DNA of 64,000 bases from Octopus sinensis (Eukaryota), in contig NC_043007.1 in the NCBI RefSeq assembly GCF_006345805.1, forward strand, positions 45,756,001 to 45,820,000, in the 5' to 3' direction. Positions 51,834 to 64,000 of the stretch are shown one piece after another; position 1 is the first letter of the stretch; every line of letters begins with the position of its first letter. Under the pieces are notes generated by a model, which had not been told where the DNA came from, made no database searches, and saw only the letters and a list, made by a program, of their open reading frames with translations. Position numbers and translations under genes: made by a program.

Positions 51834-52240
51834 ACTCTTTTACTCTTTTACTTGTTTCAGTCATTTGATTGCGGCCATGCTGGAGCACCGCCTTTAATCG
51901 AGCAACTCGACCCCGGGACTAATTCTTTTGTAAGCCCAGTACTTATTCTATAGGTCTCTTTTGCCGAACCGCTAAGTAACAGGGACATAAACACACCAGC
52001 ATCGGTTGTCAAGCAATGCTAGGGGGACAAACACAGACACACAAATGCACACACGTATATATATATATATATATACATATATACGACGGGCTTTTTTTCA
52101 GTTTCCGTCTACCAAATCCACTCACAAAGCTTTGGTCGGCCCGAGGCTATAGTAGAAGACACTTGCCCAAGGTGCCACGCAGTGGGACTGAACCCGGAAC
52201 CATGTGGTTGGTAAACAAGCTACTTACCACACAGCCACTC
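51834..52240 (-). mobile_element. tRNA-derived SINE family A, full length (CORE-like segment after the head)
   Basis: Minus strand: A box TGGCTGTGTGG, B box GGTTCAGTCCC, then accttgggcaagtg (CORE-like), an internal TA/TG microsatellite and a tail gaaacaagtaaaagagtaaaagagta. Confidence 0.9.
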
Positions 52241-52488
52241 ATGTATATATAAAGGGTAAAATCTATTTAAAAATTTTATAAGTGGCCAGCATATAAAATA
52301 GAACGATTATAGTGGAACATGTCTCAAGGAAAATATCCGAAATCCAGAACAAAAATGATAGCGGTAAAGTAGTTGAAAGAAAGTGGTAATAATAATAACT
52401 GTACTCTTAGTGATAGCTACGCCAGAAAGATTAATAGTCACCTTGGGAAGGTCTTGAATACTGCGCTTATAGTCTACGAAAGAGAAAG

Positions 52489-52580
52489 TGGAGGTGCAAT
52501 GGCCCAGTGGTTAGGGCAGTGGCTCGCGGTCGTAAGAACGGGCATTGTGAGTGTTTATTGAGCAAAAAAACATAAGCTCG
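52489..52580 (+). mobile_element. SINE family C, truncated head
   Basis: ggaggtgcaatggcccagtggttagggcag..ttgtgagtgtttattgagc matches 21598-21692. Confidence 0.8.
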
Positions 52581-53010
52581 TTTGGGAATAGAGAAGAAAA
52601 ATGTATAGCACGAGCTTAGATGTGGTTATCTGGTCGCTTAAGTTTAGAAACACTAACTTTAATATTGAATACTAAATAATACCAGTAGCTGAACATTATG
52701 TTATATGGGGAAAACACGAACTCTACGCAGAGGAGAAATAATCCACATTTTCACGTATAGAAAACTGTTTGCTTAACACTAAGCAGAATAAGGCCCTAAG
52801 ATATTCGCACCTCTACTTAATCACTCATACTTCCTTGGAAGGGTTTTGTAATTAAGTGCCACGTAAATGGGAGGTGCCTGAGCTTACATGCTCAGTGTAA
52901 TATCTAGTTTACTTATATCAAGTAGTAATCAGTGTTCTCGATCAGAAAAATACATACCTTCAAAAATTCTAGTAAGACATATAAGACAACGACACTGCAT
53001 CTAAAAGTTG

Positions 53011-53419
53011 ATTTATCTTTTATCTTTTACTTGTTTCAGTTGTTAGAGTGTGACTATGATGGGAAACCGCCTTGAATGGATTTAGACCCCAGGACTTACC
53101 TGTTTAGACCTAGTACTTATTATATCGGTCTCTTTTGACAAACCGCTATGTTGTGGGTGTGTAAACATACACACACTAGTTGTCAAGCGGTGGTGGGAGA
53201 CAAACAAAGACGCAAAGGCACACACACATAGTTATGTATATGAATATCTATCTATCTATCTATCTGTATACACAACGGGCTTCTTTCAGTTTCCCCTAAG
53301 CAAATCCACTCAAGAGACTAAAACACTCAAGAGACTAAACAAGGTCCACGTAGTGGCACTCAACCCGAAGCTATATGGTTGAAAGTGAAGCTTCTTACCA
53401 AACAGCCACGCCTGCGCCT
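53011..53419 (-). mobile_element. SINE family A, older full-length copy
   Basis: Colinear with 51834-52240 (ttttacttgtttcagt..gaccccaggactta..ggtctcttttg..tgtcaagcg..acgggcttctttcagtttcc..acagccac). Confidence 0.85.
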
Positions 53420-53938
53420 AATTATATGAAGAAAATATTTTGAATTAGCCTCACAAGTAAGTTGTACATATCTCATATAATTAATTGTAACTGAATTAAT
53501 AACCAGTAATTGTACACAATATCTGAAAATCACTAATTCATAATCGACTTAAGGCTAGGGATTTTAAAAAGTATAATTTGTCTTAAATATCTAGTATTCT
53601 TAACTTTATCTTCGAACCTATGGTGAGGATGAACTCAACACCATAGCAGTTATTAAGATTTCTAAATCTTCCTCTCATATAACAACATTAGCTAAATCTA
53701 TATCTCTCATTTATCTTCTCACTACGGCAGGGGGACGGGCCTTGAATAAAGTCGGACGGACTTATAACAAGTTGAAAATAACTGGATGCAAATGCGATTG
53801 CTATTCGTCCAAGCAGCAGAAACGTGCGTCGCACACATTTAAAGCAAATATTCTGTATAATTGACCTGCATAACTTTTAGAAATAAATCATATGTAGATG
53901 TACTGATCTCCGTATTCATGTATTTATATGTATGTATG

Positions 53939-53990
<52 letters not shown>

Positions 53991-54066
53991 CATATATTCT
54001 CCTATTTGCGCAGCAATGGCTTCTGAGCCAGTACACACAGAAGCGGATACTGGAGACACCCCTGAC

Positions 54067-55678
<1,612 letters not shown>

Positions 55679-55907
55679 CATGCATATCAAATATGTTTAT
55701 CTTATGTTGTTCTTAATTTAATACATAATCCATATTTACCTTGAAATAATCTCCTCGAAATACATATGAAAAGGTTTAATTACAATATGATCAGGAAGTA
55801 CAGCAATGTGTATTTGATTATGTATCTATGTAATAATATCTATAAAAGAATTCATTCTGAATCTAACATGAACAGCGCCAAATCTTATTAATTATCATTT
55901 GGATATT

Positions 55908-56300
55908 TTCGGTTTGAACGGCAGTTTTTAAAAATAATTTCCATGTAACTAAACACTTTTAAACTTCGTATACTGGTAGAATGTGTATATAAAACATCTT
56001 TTTCTCTTGGCTTTATTGAGGAATTCTATAGTTTGAAAGATATTTGTTGTTTGTTTCTTCAATTTTTGCAATTTCAACCAATCAATGACGTCTTTTGAGG
56101 TGAAAACATTCTGTGCCGTATGAATATGTCCCTCGTTTAAGAAACAGATTGGGTTTATTTTCCTGTCTGAAGAAAACAAGATACCCTTCCCCCCACCCCT
56201 AACCCTAACTAGACCTAACCCTAAAACAGATTGAAATGCAATAGATCGATACTAGGGTCATAATTATGGGTGACATCATATGACATCGCTATAAAAAAAC
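55908..56300. mobile_element. Probable non-autonomous DNA element containing short CCCTAA motifs
   Basis: Starts cggtttgaacggcagttttt and has internal accctaaccctaactagacctaaccctaaaa (56196-56226). The matching right TIR is not intact here, and the family assignment is from memory only. Confidence 0.4.
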
Positions 56301-57735
56301 CCTTAGAAAGAAACTTAATTTTCTTGTATGATTTGAAAGCTTCAACATCGTTGTCATCCTGCTTCAATAATAGGAAAGAATACTTTTGGTTATGATGGTA
56401 TTTACTCAGTTGAAATAGCAGAATCGTTATCTTACCGGACAAAAACGCTCACTGTTATAACATCCATTCTGGGTTCAAATGTTGCTATGGTGTACATTGC
56501 CTTTCATCGCTTTCGGAGTTGATAAAATAACTGTTGAGTACTGGGTTCGATGTAACCGCCTTGCCCCCATCTACCGAAATTGCTGGTCTTGTGCCGAAAA
56601 TAGAAGCATTGTGATGATATCTACTTTCCGCCTGTCCAATTCTCTTTTGTAAAATCACATACTTCACTTTTCCAGTTAAACGTTCATTCTTTCGTGATAC
56701 ATTTGCATATTTGTCTTACAATGATGGTGTCTGTGTTTCTATTTTAAGCATCATGAATTCTTATTAATTATTGCCATTACTTTTCATGTTATTTATTTAT
56801 TTTTCTTGTCATTGTTACTGTCTGTTGTCGTTGTTTAAATGGGAGCATGTGATGTAATGGTATATTAAGCATATAGAGTTATGACCTGTTTGGAAACACT
56901 ATTGAGAAAACATTCCGTTTCAAAAACACTAATATTGTGAGTGGGGGATAAAGAGAAATACATTTAGATAAGTTATTAGTATAAATACATATTAGGAGCA
57001 GTAATGAAAAATAATAATTTTAAGCCCTGAGAATGTTTAAGAGCCAGCAATACATTTTAAAAGCATGTGAATTACAAAAAAAAAAAAAAACACATTTAGA
57101 AGTATTTAATTAAAATTAATCTCCAGTCATAAATTTTTGTTTGGAAAAGTTTTAAATATGATTTTAAATAATATTTCTGGAAATTAATTTTCAAGATGAA
57201 ATTATTTTGACAGGTTTCCACGACGCCACTTGAATAACTTCTGAAAATATTGCTCTTGAGAAATACAAACACAAATCAATAAAAATGATGTACTTTCAAG
57301 CTTTTATTTCTTTGTTTCACTCATTCGGGTAAACAAATTATTTTTCTTCATTCCCTATAAACCGTAGTTTTATATTCAATATCAGTTAATGTACTTCTAA
57401 GATCGCCCTAATATGATGACTTATCATATAAAACATTTTTCTTTCAAAACTATATATTTCACTTTTAAGCCTCCACTCCGGTATTTTAGTGTTGCCCTGC
57501 CGTTCTATTTTCGGGGGAACGACCTTACTTCTTCTAGTTTTAGATTTTAGATTTCATTGTGTTACAGAGTGGAACGTATTTGTTGGTGATTTGACACAAA
57601 TAAAGCAAGTATTCATTCCTGCAAGTTGTCCAAGATGCGCATGCATTAGTTAATCTTAAGTGTCACTGAGTTTTGTAGAATCTCAGCTAATGTTGGCGAA
57701 GGTGGTTGGTTGGTGCTGTGATATTTTCTGCCTCT

Positions 57736-58157
57736 AAGGCGGCGAGCTGGCAGAAACGTTAGCACGTCGGGCGAAATGCGTAGCCGTATTTCGTCTGCTG
57801 TTACGTTCTGAGTTCAAATTCCGCCGAGGTCGACTTTGCCTTTCATCCTTTCGGCGTCGATAAATTAAGTAACAGTTACACACTGGGGTCGATGTAATCG
57901 ACTTATCCGTCTGTCTGTCCTTGTCCGTCCCCTCTGTGATTAGCCCCTTGTGGGTAGTAAATAAATAGGTATTTCGTCCTCCGCTGTGTTCTGAGTTCAA
58001 ATTCCGCCGAGGTCATCTTTGCCTTTCATCATTTCGGGGATGGGTCGATAAATTAAGTACCAGTTACGCACTGGGATCGATGTAATCGACTTAATCCATT
58101 TGCCTGTCCTTGTTTGTCCTCTCTATGTTTAGTTCCCATTGGGTAATAAAGAAATGA
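57736..58157 (+). mobile_element. SINE family B dimer with 15-bp TSD
   Basis: atattttctgcctct at 57721-57735 and 58158-58172. Head with A-box-like TGGCAGAAACG and B box GAGTTCAAATTCC. The second monomer restarts at 57969. Confidence 0.93.
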
Positions 58158-61100
58158 ATATTTTCTGCCTCTGAAGCGAAACATCAGTAATTCTTATATA
58201 GTCCTAGCTATGTTAATGATGTTTTTTCGCGAGGAAAGCTCGCCTGAAACATTTTTCGTAAGCAACTTAGGACGCTTGACAAAATAAGGAAAAAAATTAA
58301 CATTTTTAGCAAGTACGAATAAAATATCCAGAATAGATCTATAATAATGGAAGACTCTTTTTTCTGGAAATTTCAATAAAATTGGATTAAATGGAAATCT
58401 TTACGCTTGTTAGCGGAGCTATAGCAGAAATGAACATGCTTCTACCTCAACGAAACATGTAAAAGTGGAAGTCACTTTAGGAAGAAGTAGAAGTTTTACA
58501 TATACAAACATATGAGACCGTAAGGATATTTTTTTGGGCAGGTAACACTTTTGCAATGTATCCAAAAGATTAGCTTATCAGAATTGTTGCCATTATTTGA
58601 GTTATTTTCTTTGGCTAATTTTTTATTATGCAAATTATTACTTACCAAAAATAATTGGTGCCCGTGTTTTTGATATTTAAAATCCTGTTTGTTGGCCAAA
58701 CGATTTCTTATTTTCCATGTATGGTGAATTACTTCGCCGTCTATCTTTCCAGCAAGATCCGTATGGAGAGGAGGAGGCTGTCGCAAAGAGTTTTCGGAAA
58801 AAGATGGATGGAAGTTGAAAGGAAGTTGAGTATGCAAGGTGCCGTGCTAGCAAGGTCGGTCCACGTGCAAGGGAACGGAAAATAATTACCAACAAGGAAA
58901 TCGGCTCTAATCATTCGTCTGCATAATTTTAAACCCATACGCTTTCAAATCATGCAACGGGTGTGTCTGACCCCTATACGTCCTTTGTCTGTACTTGTTT
59001 CTCCTCTGTATGTATCCTTTTCATAAGGTAATAAAGAAAAACATATTTTCCATGTATTGCTGCTAGTATGATTAAATCGTTAACTTTCGTGGTACCTTCC
59101 GGTTAAAGGCGTTCAACGTTTCTTTTCGTAAAGTATAACAACTATTTTTCCAATTATTTCTCGAGTTATTGAAATTCTCATTGTTTCTATTTCGTTTTTC
59201 GTTCTCCAAGTCAGAAAAAATTCAATAAATTTAATACAATTTCCCTACGTTATATTGTGCGTCCAAACATGTTTGATTTATTATTTCATTATGTTCCTAA
59301 ATTCTTATTCTACGCATTCAGTTTGGAAGTTCTCAAATTCCAGAAGCACTTGCGTCTTAACATGTGATCTCTCGCATAAAAAAATAATGTATTTGATTCC
59401 AAGAAAAATAATTTAATCATTATTATTACATTATCTTAAGCATAACCATCCATCAGAGGTACAAATATTTTCCAAATTAATATACATAAACATTTTTTAG
59501 AGATGTCTAAACATTCAAAACAGGTAGCTAAACATATAATTGTATATAATATAAATTATTTCATATCATGATTAATTATCTGAAATTATCTGTGTAAATA
59601 TAGAAAGGTAAAAAATCACGGAGCGCATAACATTTTTACTGTTATGCGTCAAAATACTTGCCTAATTAAAATACATATACATCATTATTTTTAATATGAT
59701 TAAAAGCATATGGACCCTTATAATTAATTTTTCATTATGTATACATACGATATACATACATATATACATATACATACATATATGCATATGCATATACATA
59801 TATATATATATATATGTATATATATAGATATAGAAATATACACGCATGTATATATATATGTGTGTGTATGTTTGTGTATATATGAATGTATACAGACATA
59901 TAAATACATACATGCGAACAATCATACATACGTACATACATAGTCATATATATATATATACACATATATATATATATATATATATACATATATTTATGTA
60001 TATGAAAGCATATATATATGTATATATATATATATATATATGCATATACATATATAAGCAGATATATATGTCTCTCGCTCGCTCTCACTCTCTCTCACCC
60101 CCTCTCTCTCTCTATATATATATATATATGTATATATGTATAAGAAATACGCAGACACACGCGTTATGATATAAGAATGCTCCTATGTTTTGATTAAAGT
60201 TTCATTCTATATTGCACAAAATCCACTATTCCTTGTAATAGTAAACATCTTGTTCGTAAAATTATTCTTTTATTATTTTTGTCTGACATGAAATGAAATT
60301 GTAGAAAATTATGTTATATACAAATATGCATCAGTTATTCCAAATTATTTTGCGTCATCAGGGCACAATAAATATTTCAGTTTCTCAGTATCTTCTCACC
60401 ACTAATTGTTGGCTGAAAGTAACTTCCTTAGAGTTCACTTCTTTATGTAAGATTACATCTGTGCGGCGTACATTTACGCAGTTACCCGCCATCTGTCGCA
60501 ACATCTATCAAGAAAACAAAATATTACAGCCTATTATATGTCTTTAATATATATATATATATATATACATCTACACCACCTCCCACACACACACGTATAT
60601 GTATATGAAACTAAGTTATTTTGTTCCACGCAAGTAGAAATATAGAAAAAATCAGGTGGAAACGCACTAGGATTCGCTTAGATATTTTAATTAAAAATAT
60701 TAAAATAGTTTAACGTTTTCTCAGATTTCTCTGAATTTCTAAACCTGAGATGGCTCCATACTTTACTATCTCAATGTTTGAAAAAGAAACATTTCAAACC
60801 TGTTACGTCTTTAGAAACATATAAATGAAAAGAAATAGATATTGTCAATTTCTTGATTTATTCTTATTGTTTAACTTTTGGACCAGCTCTGAACAAACAG
60901 ATCAGTTTAATCCCAATCGTTTTGATAGGTATCTAAATATATATTACTGACTGTAGCTATCTCTAGTTATAAATAGTGGGATATAGTTTGATAAAAAATA
61001 GAACCTTATTCCTAGAATAAATTTTCATTCACCTGTAACGACGCCCATTCAAAAGGTGATAGAGATGTGGTTCGTGATCTTTATACAGATGTATAAAGAA

Positions 61101-61622
61101 ATAAAAGAAGTGTTTAGAAAGAGAAGCACTGTTACAATGACATGTCACTGATTTAGATTTAAGTAGAATAGAAATGCAAATAGCATGTTTAGAAAAGGAC
61201 CGTAAAGAAACGGGGAGGGAACAAGAGAAAAGGAAAGAAAGACAGTGAGAGAATTGAAAGAACATGGAATAACTTATTAGATCTCCTCACGTACATGAAT
61301 TATATTTGATTGGATTGACCCTGGAGAAATTAAATGTAAAATTAACCCATAATAACCCTAAACCGTTTGCTGTGGTGATCCCGCCGTCTGCTAGAAGATG
61401 GTTGGGATTCGCTCCCTGCTTGCAATATATACCGGGTGCAGATTGTAGATGGATCTTCCTGGGCTTAAAATCTGTAATAACATCGAACAACCATATTGAT
61501 GTGGCGACAAACATTAATTCTCAGTCATTATATTTACTACTTTCATCTCTTATAGAGATTTTCTAACTAGCTACTTTTCTTGTTATTGATAAATATGTGG
61601 GGGTGGGGCATGGTTGTCTAAC

Positions 61623-62412
61623 TTTTATTTGTGAATTAAGGCTACCATTGGTTTCATCTTAAGTTTCATGACAAATAGGAAAATCTCTTAGTGTCTTAAA
61701 TTTTCATGCCAGTCACGTCATTCAGAGAAACAAAATGCAACATCCCTATCAAATATGATAGGGATATTGAATGAAGGTAGAATAAGCAATCCCCAGATAG
61801 AATGGAAAATCATTGCTAAAGCCAAAAAATACAGGGGACGGAGTACCAAATGTGAACTCTGTATTGCTGAAAAATTAAACTTTGTACAATCAACAGATAA
61901 CATCCTAAACATTAGAGATGAAACCTTCTCTCCCTGCACGCACAAACAATATGTTACTCACAAATATTTCAAAGAGCCCCTACATGCGAGGGTAACCGTA
62001 GCAGTATAGCCCCTTTCCTAAACGTGAACTTACATACCACACAAACTTCACACAAACAAGAAATATGCCCCAATGACGAACTACCTCAGCAAACAAGCAT
62101 AAGGACACTATGCTCAGAACAAAAACAGAATAATACAAAGAAATTGATCACAAAAATAATTGCCTAAAAGACAAATTCAAGGGAGGCAAACATCCAAAAT
62201 ATGCCTCTGAAGAGTAACGTTCCTTGATTCATTGATTCATTGCTTTATTTACGCGAATTTACGAGATACCCTGTGAACGAAGCGAGTCTGTTTGCCAAAA
62301 TGGAGGCGAACACCTTTCTCCATGTGATCGGCTTTAAAATTATTAAGACACTAGGTTATTCTCCTACTTTTCTTAAAATGAAACTAACGGTAGCCTTAAT
62401 TCACAAATAAAG
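61623..62412 (+). mobile_element. Short PLE relic: endonuclease C-terminus flanked by inverted pseudo-LTR segments
   Basis: IEWKIIAKAKKYRGRSTKCELCIAEKLNF..NILNIRDETFSPCTHK (ORF 61755-62009). 61623-61717 is an inverted copy of 62324-62412. Confidence 0.82.
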
Positions 62413-62478
62413 AAATTATATCCACCGATCCGGTGTTGAGCACTCGTTTTCATTGTTCCATATTTACGTATATATGTC

Positions 62479-62480
62479 TA

Positions 62481-62569
<89 letters not shown>

Positions 62570-62648
62570 TATATATATATATTATATATATATATATATA
62601 AGTGTGTGTATGTGTGTGTGTGTGTGTGTGGGTGTGTGTGTATGTGTG
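62479..62648. repeat. (TA)n then (TG)n microsatellite
   Basis: Read directly. Confidence 0.97.
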
Positions 62649-64000
62649 CAATTTAATTAGATGATACATTAACTTCTTAAAGAGATGATTACATCCAAGA
62701 AAACGATGGTTCTATACTTAATACCTTTGAGAAATTAAATTTTCCTAAATCAATAAGTATATATTTAGTATTGATGCGTATTAAATTAAGAGAAGAAAAT
62801 AGAGAGTTAGTGGTTAATTATTTTTTAAATAAATTAATAATCATTTCTTTTTGCAGCTGTTTCCATTTGTAATCGTGAATAAGTTACGAACCTGTGCATT
62901 AAATTTGCATTTATAAGTTATGAGCTAAATATAAATAGGGATAAGTTAGATATGAAAAATTACATTCTGACCTCTCAGAGTCTGCTGGAATCAAAAGGTA
63001 GGTCAATACGTTATTTTTACTTTCTGACATTTTCCTGATGATATTTTGCTCATAACTTATAAATGAAAATTTAATGTAGAAATTTGTAATTTATTTCAAT
63101 GATTATAAATGGAAACTGCAGTAGGAAAAATTATTATCAAGTTATTAACCTCGATCCCTCCATTTTCTTCTCTTAATTTAATAGGGAATGCACGTATATA
63201 AATATTTACGCATACGATCCAACACACACATATTTATATGGTTCATTTTATTAGCGATAATCCAATTTATTGATCATTTTGAATAGATGAGTACTTTACT
63301 TATCCTATTTTATATACTTACATTCATATTTTACAAGCATCACGAAGGAGGACGTGACGCATCAACAGAGAAATTAAGAGTAGCGCTGAACAGAGAAATG
63401 GTTCAATTGGATACACACGCACACATGCACACACGCAAGCACATACGCACGCGCGCGCGCACACAAACACACACATACACACTTGCATACCCAGAAACAC
63501 GTGTACAATGTACACCTACACATGCACTTTCATATGTATACAAACACAAATATATATATGTTTGTGTGCATGTGTGTGTATATGTGTGTTTGCGCGTGTG
63601 TGTGTGTGCAGAAAACACGGAGATACGTGCTCATACTGAAATAAACGACTTTTAACCTATTAAATTTCATTAGATTTACTAAACTTAAGATTTAACATAA
63701 TAACACTATGATAAAAGGAAATATTACACGAAACAGAAAAAATAAACTCCACCCGAGAATACCAAAACCTTCAGTAATCGAAATCCATGAAGCTGATGAC
63801 TATCCCAAACATATCTCCTTATGATTTAGTAATGAGTTGCAGCTGACTGGCGCTGCTGAATATAGAAAACGGCACAATCAGTGCGTTAAGTTCCAAGCAG
63901 TTAGAAATGAAAGCAGCACTTCCTGCCTAAACGGACATATTGAAAGTAGTTTATGCTTTAATAGGTATAATACGAGTGGATATTTATAAATCGAAGATAG

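Noticed and set aside
56196-56226. CCCTAA telomere-like motifs
   Set aside because: Only 3-4 interrupted units inside an interspersed element; not a telomere or fusion site.
61290-61610. GC-richer block with two overlapping ORFs next to the PLE
   Set aside because: No recognisable protein or RNA motif and no splice signals supporting an exon; left unannotated.
62200-62310. CTGAAGA in the 3' region of the 61623-62412 PLE
   Set aside because: The position fits a hammerhead, but the required GAAA reads GAGA after the gtaa/ttac stem and no stem III/NUH could be built. At best a dead relic.

Overview
AT-rich, microsatellite-dense eukaryotic non-coding DNA. The SINE families resemble those I recall from octopod cephalopods (Octopus), but that is an inference. 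I found no intact host protein-coding gene, rRNA, tRNA gene or CRISPR array, and almost all listed ORFs are microsatellite or transposon-remnant translations. The window is a layered graveyard of mobile DNA: CR1-like LINE fragments, at least five R4/Dong-type (RT plus restriction-like endonuclease) fragments mostly sitting in (AAT)n-type tracts, and several Penelope-like elements (PLEs) with inverted pseudo-LTRs. It also holds four mariner relics, MITE-like foldbacks, a gag-knuckle ORF1-only element and three tRNA-derived SINE families. Most notable are (i) a PLE relic whose ORF appears to begin with a Ulp1/SENP-like cysteine-protease domain (32.3-33.1 kb), (ii) an apparently intact minimal type I hammerhead ribozyme in a PLE terminal repeat (55.45 kb), (iii) SINE dimers that re-enter at one fixed position, one of them bounded by a 15-bp target-site duplication (TSD), and (iv) a 113-bp-arm near-perfect palindrome (10.4 kb). 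Boundaries of decayed elements are approximate and all alignments were done by eye.
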